NCBI GenBank assembly: GCA_963817895.1 | Contig: CAWFQB010000004.1 | Location: 480,001 to 544,000, forward strand | DNA: 64,000 nt | Direction: 5' to 3' | Origin: an uncultured Chthonomonadaceae bacterium | GTDB lineage: Bacteria > Armatimonadota > Chthonomonadetes > Chthonomonadales > Chthonomonadaceae | Shown here: positions 63,590 through 64,000 of the stretch, in pieces | Layout of the letters: every line of letters begins with the position of its first letter | Numbering within the stretch: position 1 is the stretch's first letter | Notes under the pieces: model-generated | The model's input: only the letters and a program-made list of their open reading frames with translations | Database searches by the model: none | Told to the model about the DNA's origin: nothing | Made by a program: the position numbers and the translations under genes

Positions 63590-64000
63590 ATGTTCACCGT
63601 GACGCATAACGAAGTCGAAGAACCTATCATAGATGTACAGCGCGTGGGGCAGATTGCGCGGCGACGCTGGAAAGTCTGGGCGTTGTTGGGGACGGGATTG
63701 TTCGGGGCGGGAATGGCGGGCGGGCTGTGCCTGCTGCCGCAAACGTTCACGTCTGTAGTCTCCATTTCCGTGCAGCGTCCGGGCGGGAGCAGTTCGCCGC
63801 TTGGCGGGCTGATAGGATTGGGCGGCGGGCAGAAAAGTTACGGCGGCGTGGTGAAGAGCCTGCGCATGGCGGGTGAAGTCGAGTCCGAAGTCGGCCTGCG
63901 ACAGTTGTACCGGCTGCCCTCCCCGGAAGAGGCCGCGCGCAGGTTGTCGAAGAGCGTCGGGCTGGACGACAACGCGGCGGAGGGCCTGCTGTACATCACG
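63590..64000 (+). CDS. Wzz/GumC-like polysaccharide co-polymerase, 5' part only
   Basis: Hand translation MFTVTHNEVEEPIIDVQRVGQIARRRWKVW, TM segment, LPQTFTS..SI, GLIGLGGG; downstream of the SLBB exporter. Confidence 0.65.
   Translation, partial: MFTVTHNEVEEPIIDVQRVGQIARRRWKVWALLGTGLFGAGMAGGLCLLPQTFTSVVSISVQRPGGSSSPLGGLIGLGGGQKSYGGVVKSLRMAGEVESEVGLRQLYRLPSPEEAARRLSKSVGLDDNAAEGLLYIT

Overview
GC-rich bacterial chromosome segment, probably from a diderm Armatimonadota-like organism (inferred from the lipoprotein/Ig-repeat family, a PEP-CTERM protein and an outer-membrane barrel; no database search run). It carries housekeeping and catabolic genes (rpiA, kynU-kynB, sugar and uronate enzymes, pepC), a selenocysteine formate dehydrogenase, TetR, ArsR and PAS-kinase regulators, two damaged copies of a PIN-type toxin-antitoxin module, one ISL3 element, many REP/MITE-like palindromes and the start of a polysaccharide export locus. 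About a dozen genes have single-base frameshifts, most likely sequencing or assembly indels. The most interesting feature is a co-oriented cluster at 9735-18515: three homologous lipoproteins whose motifs fit anchor, stalk and tip subunits of a protease-activated donor-strand-exchange fibre (like Bacteroidota type V pili), followed by an outer-membrane beta-barrel and a secreted WD40-caspase-fold protease. That pilus reading is a hypothesis from motifs only. No rRNA, tRNA, CRISPR array or reverse transcriptase was seen.
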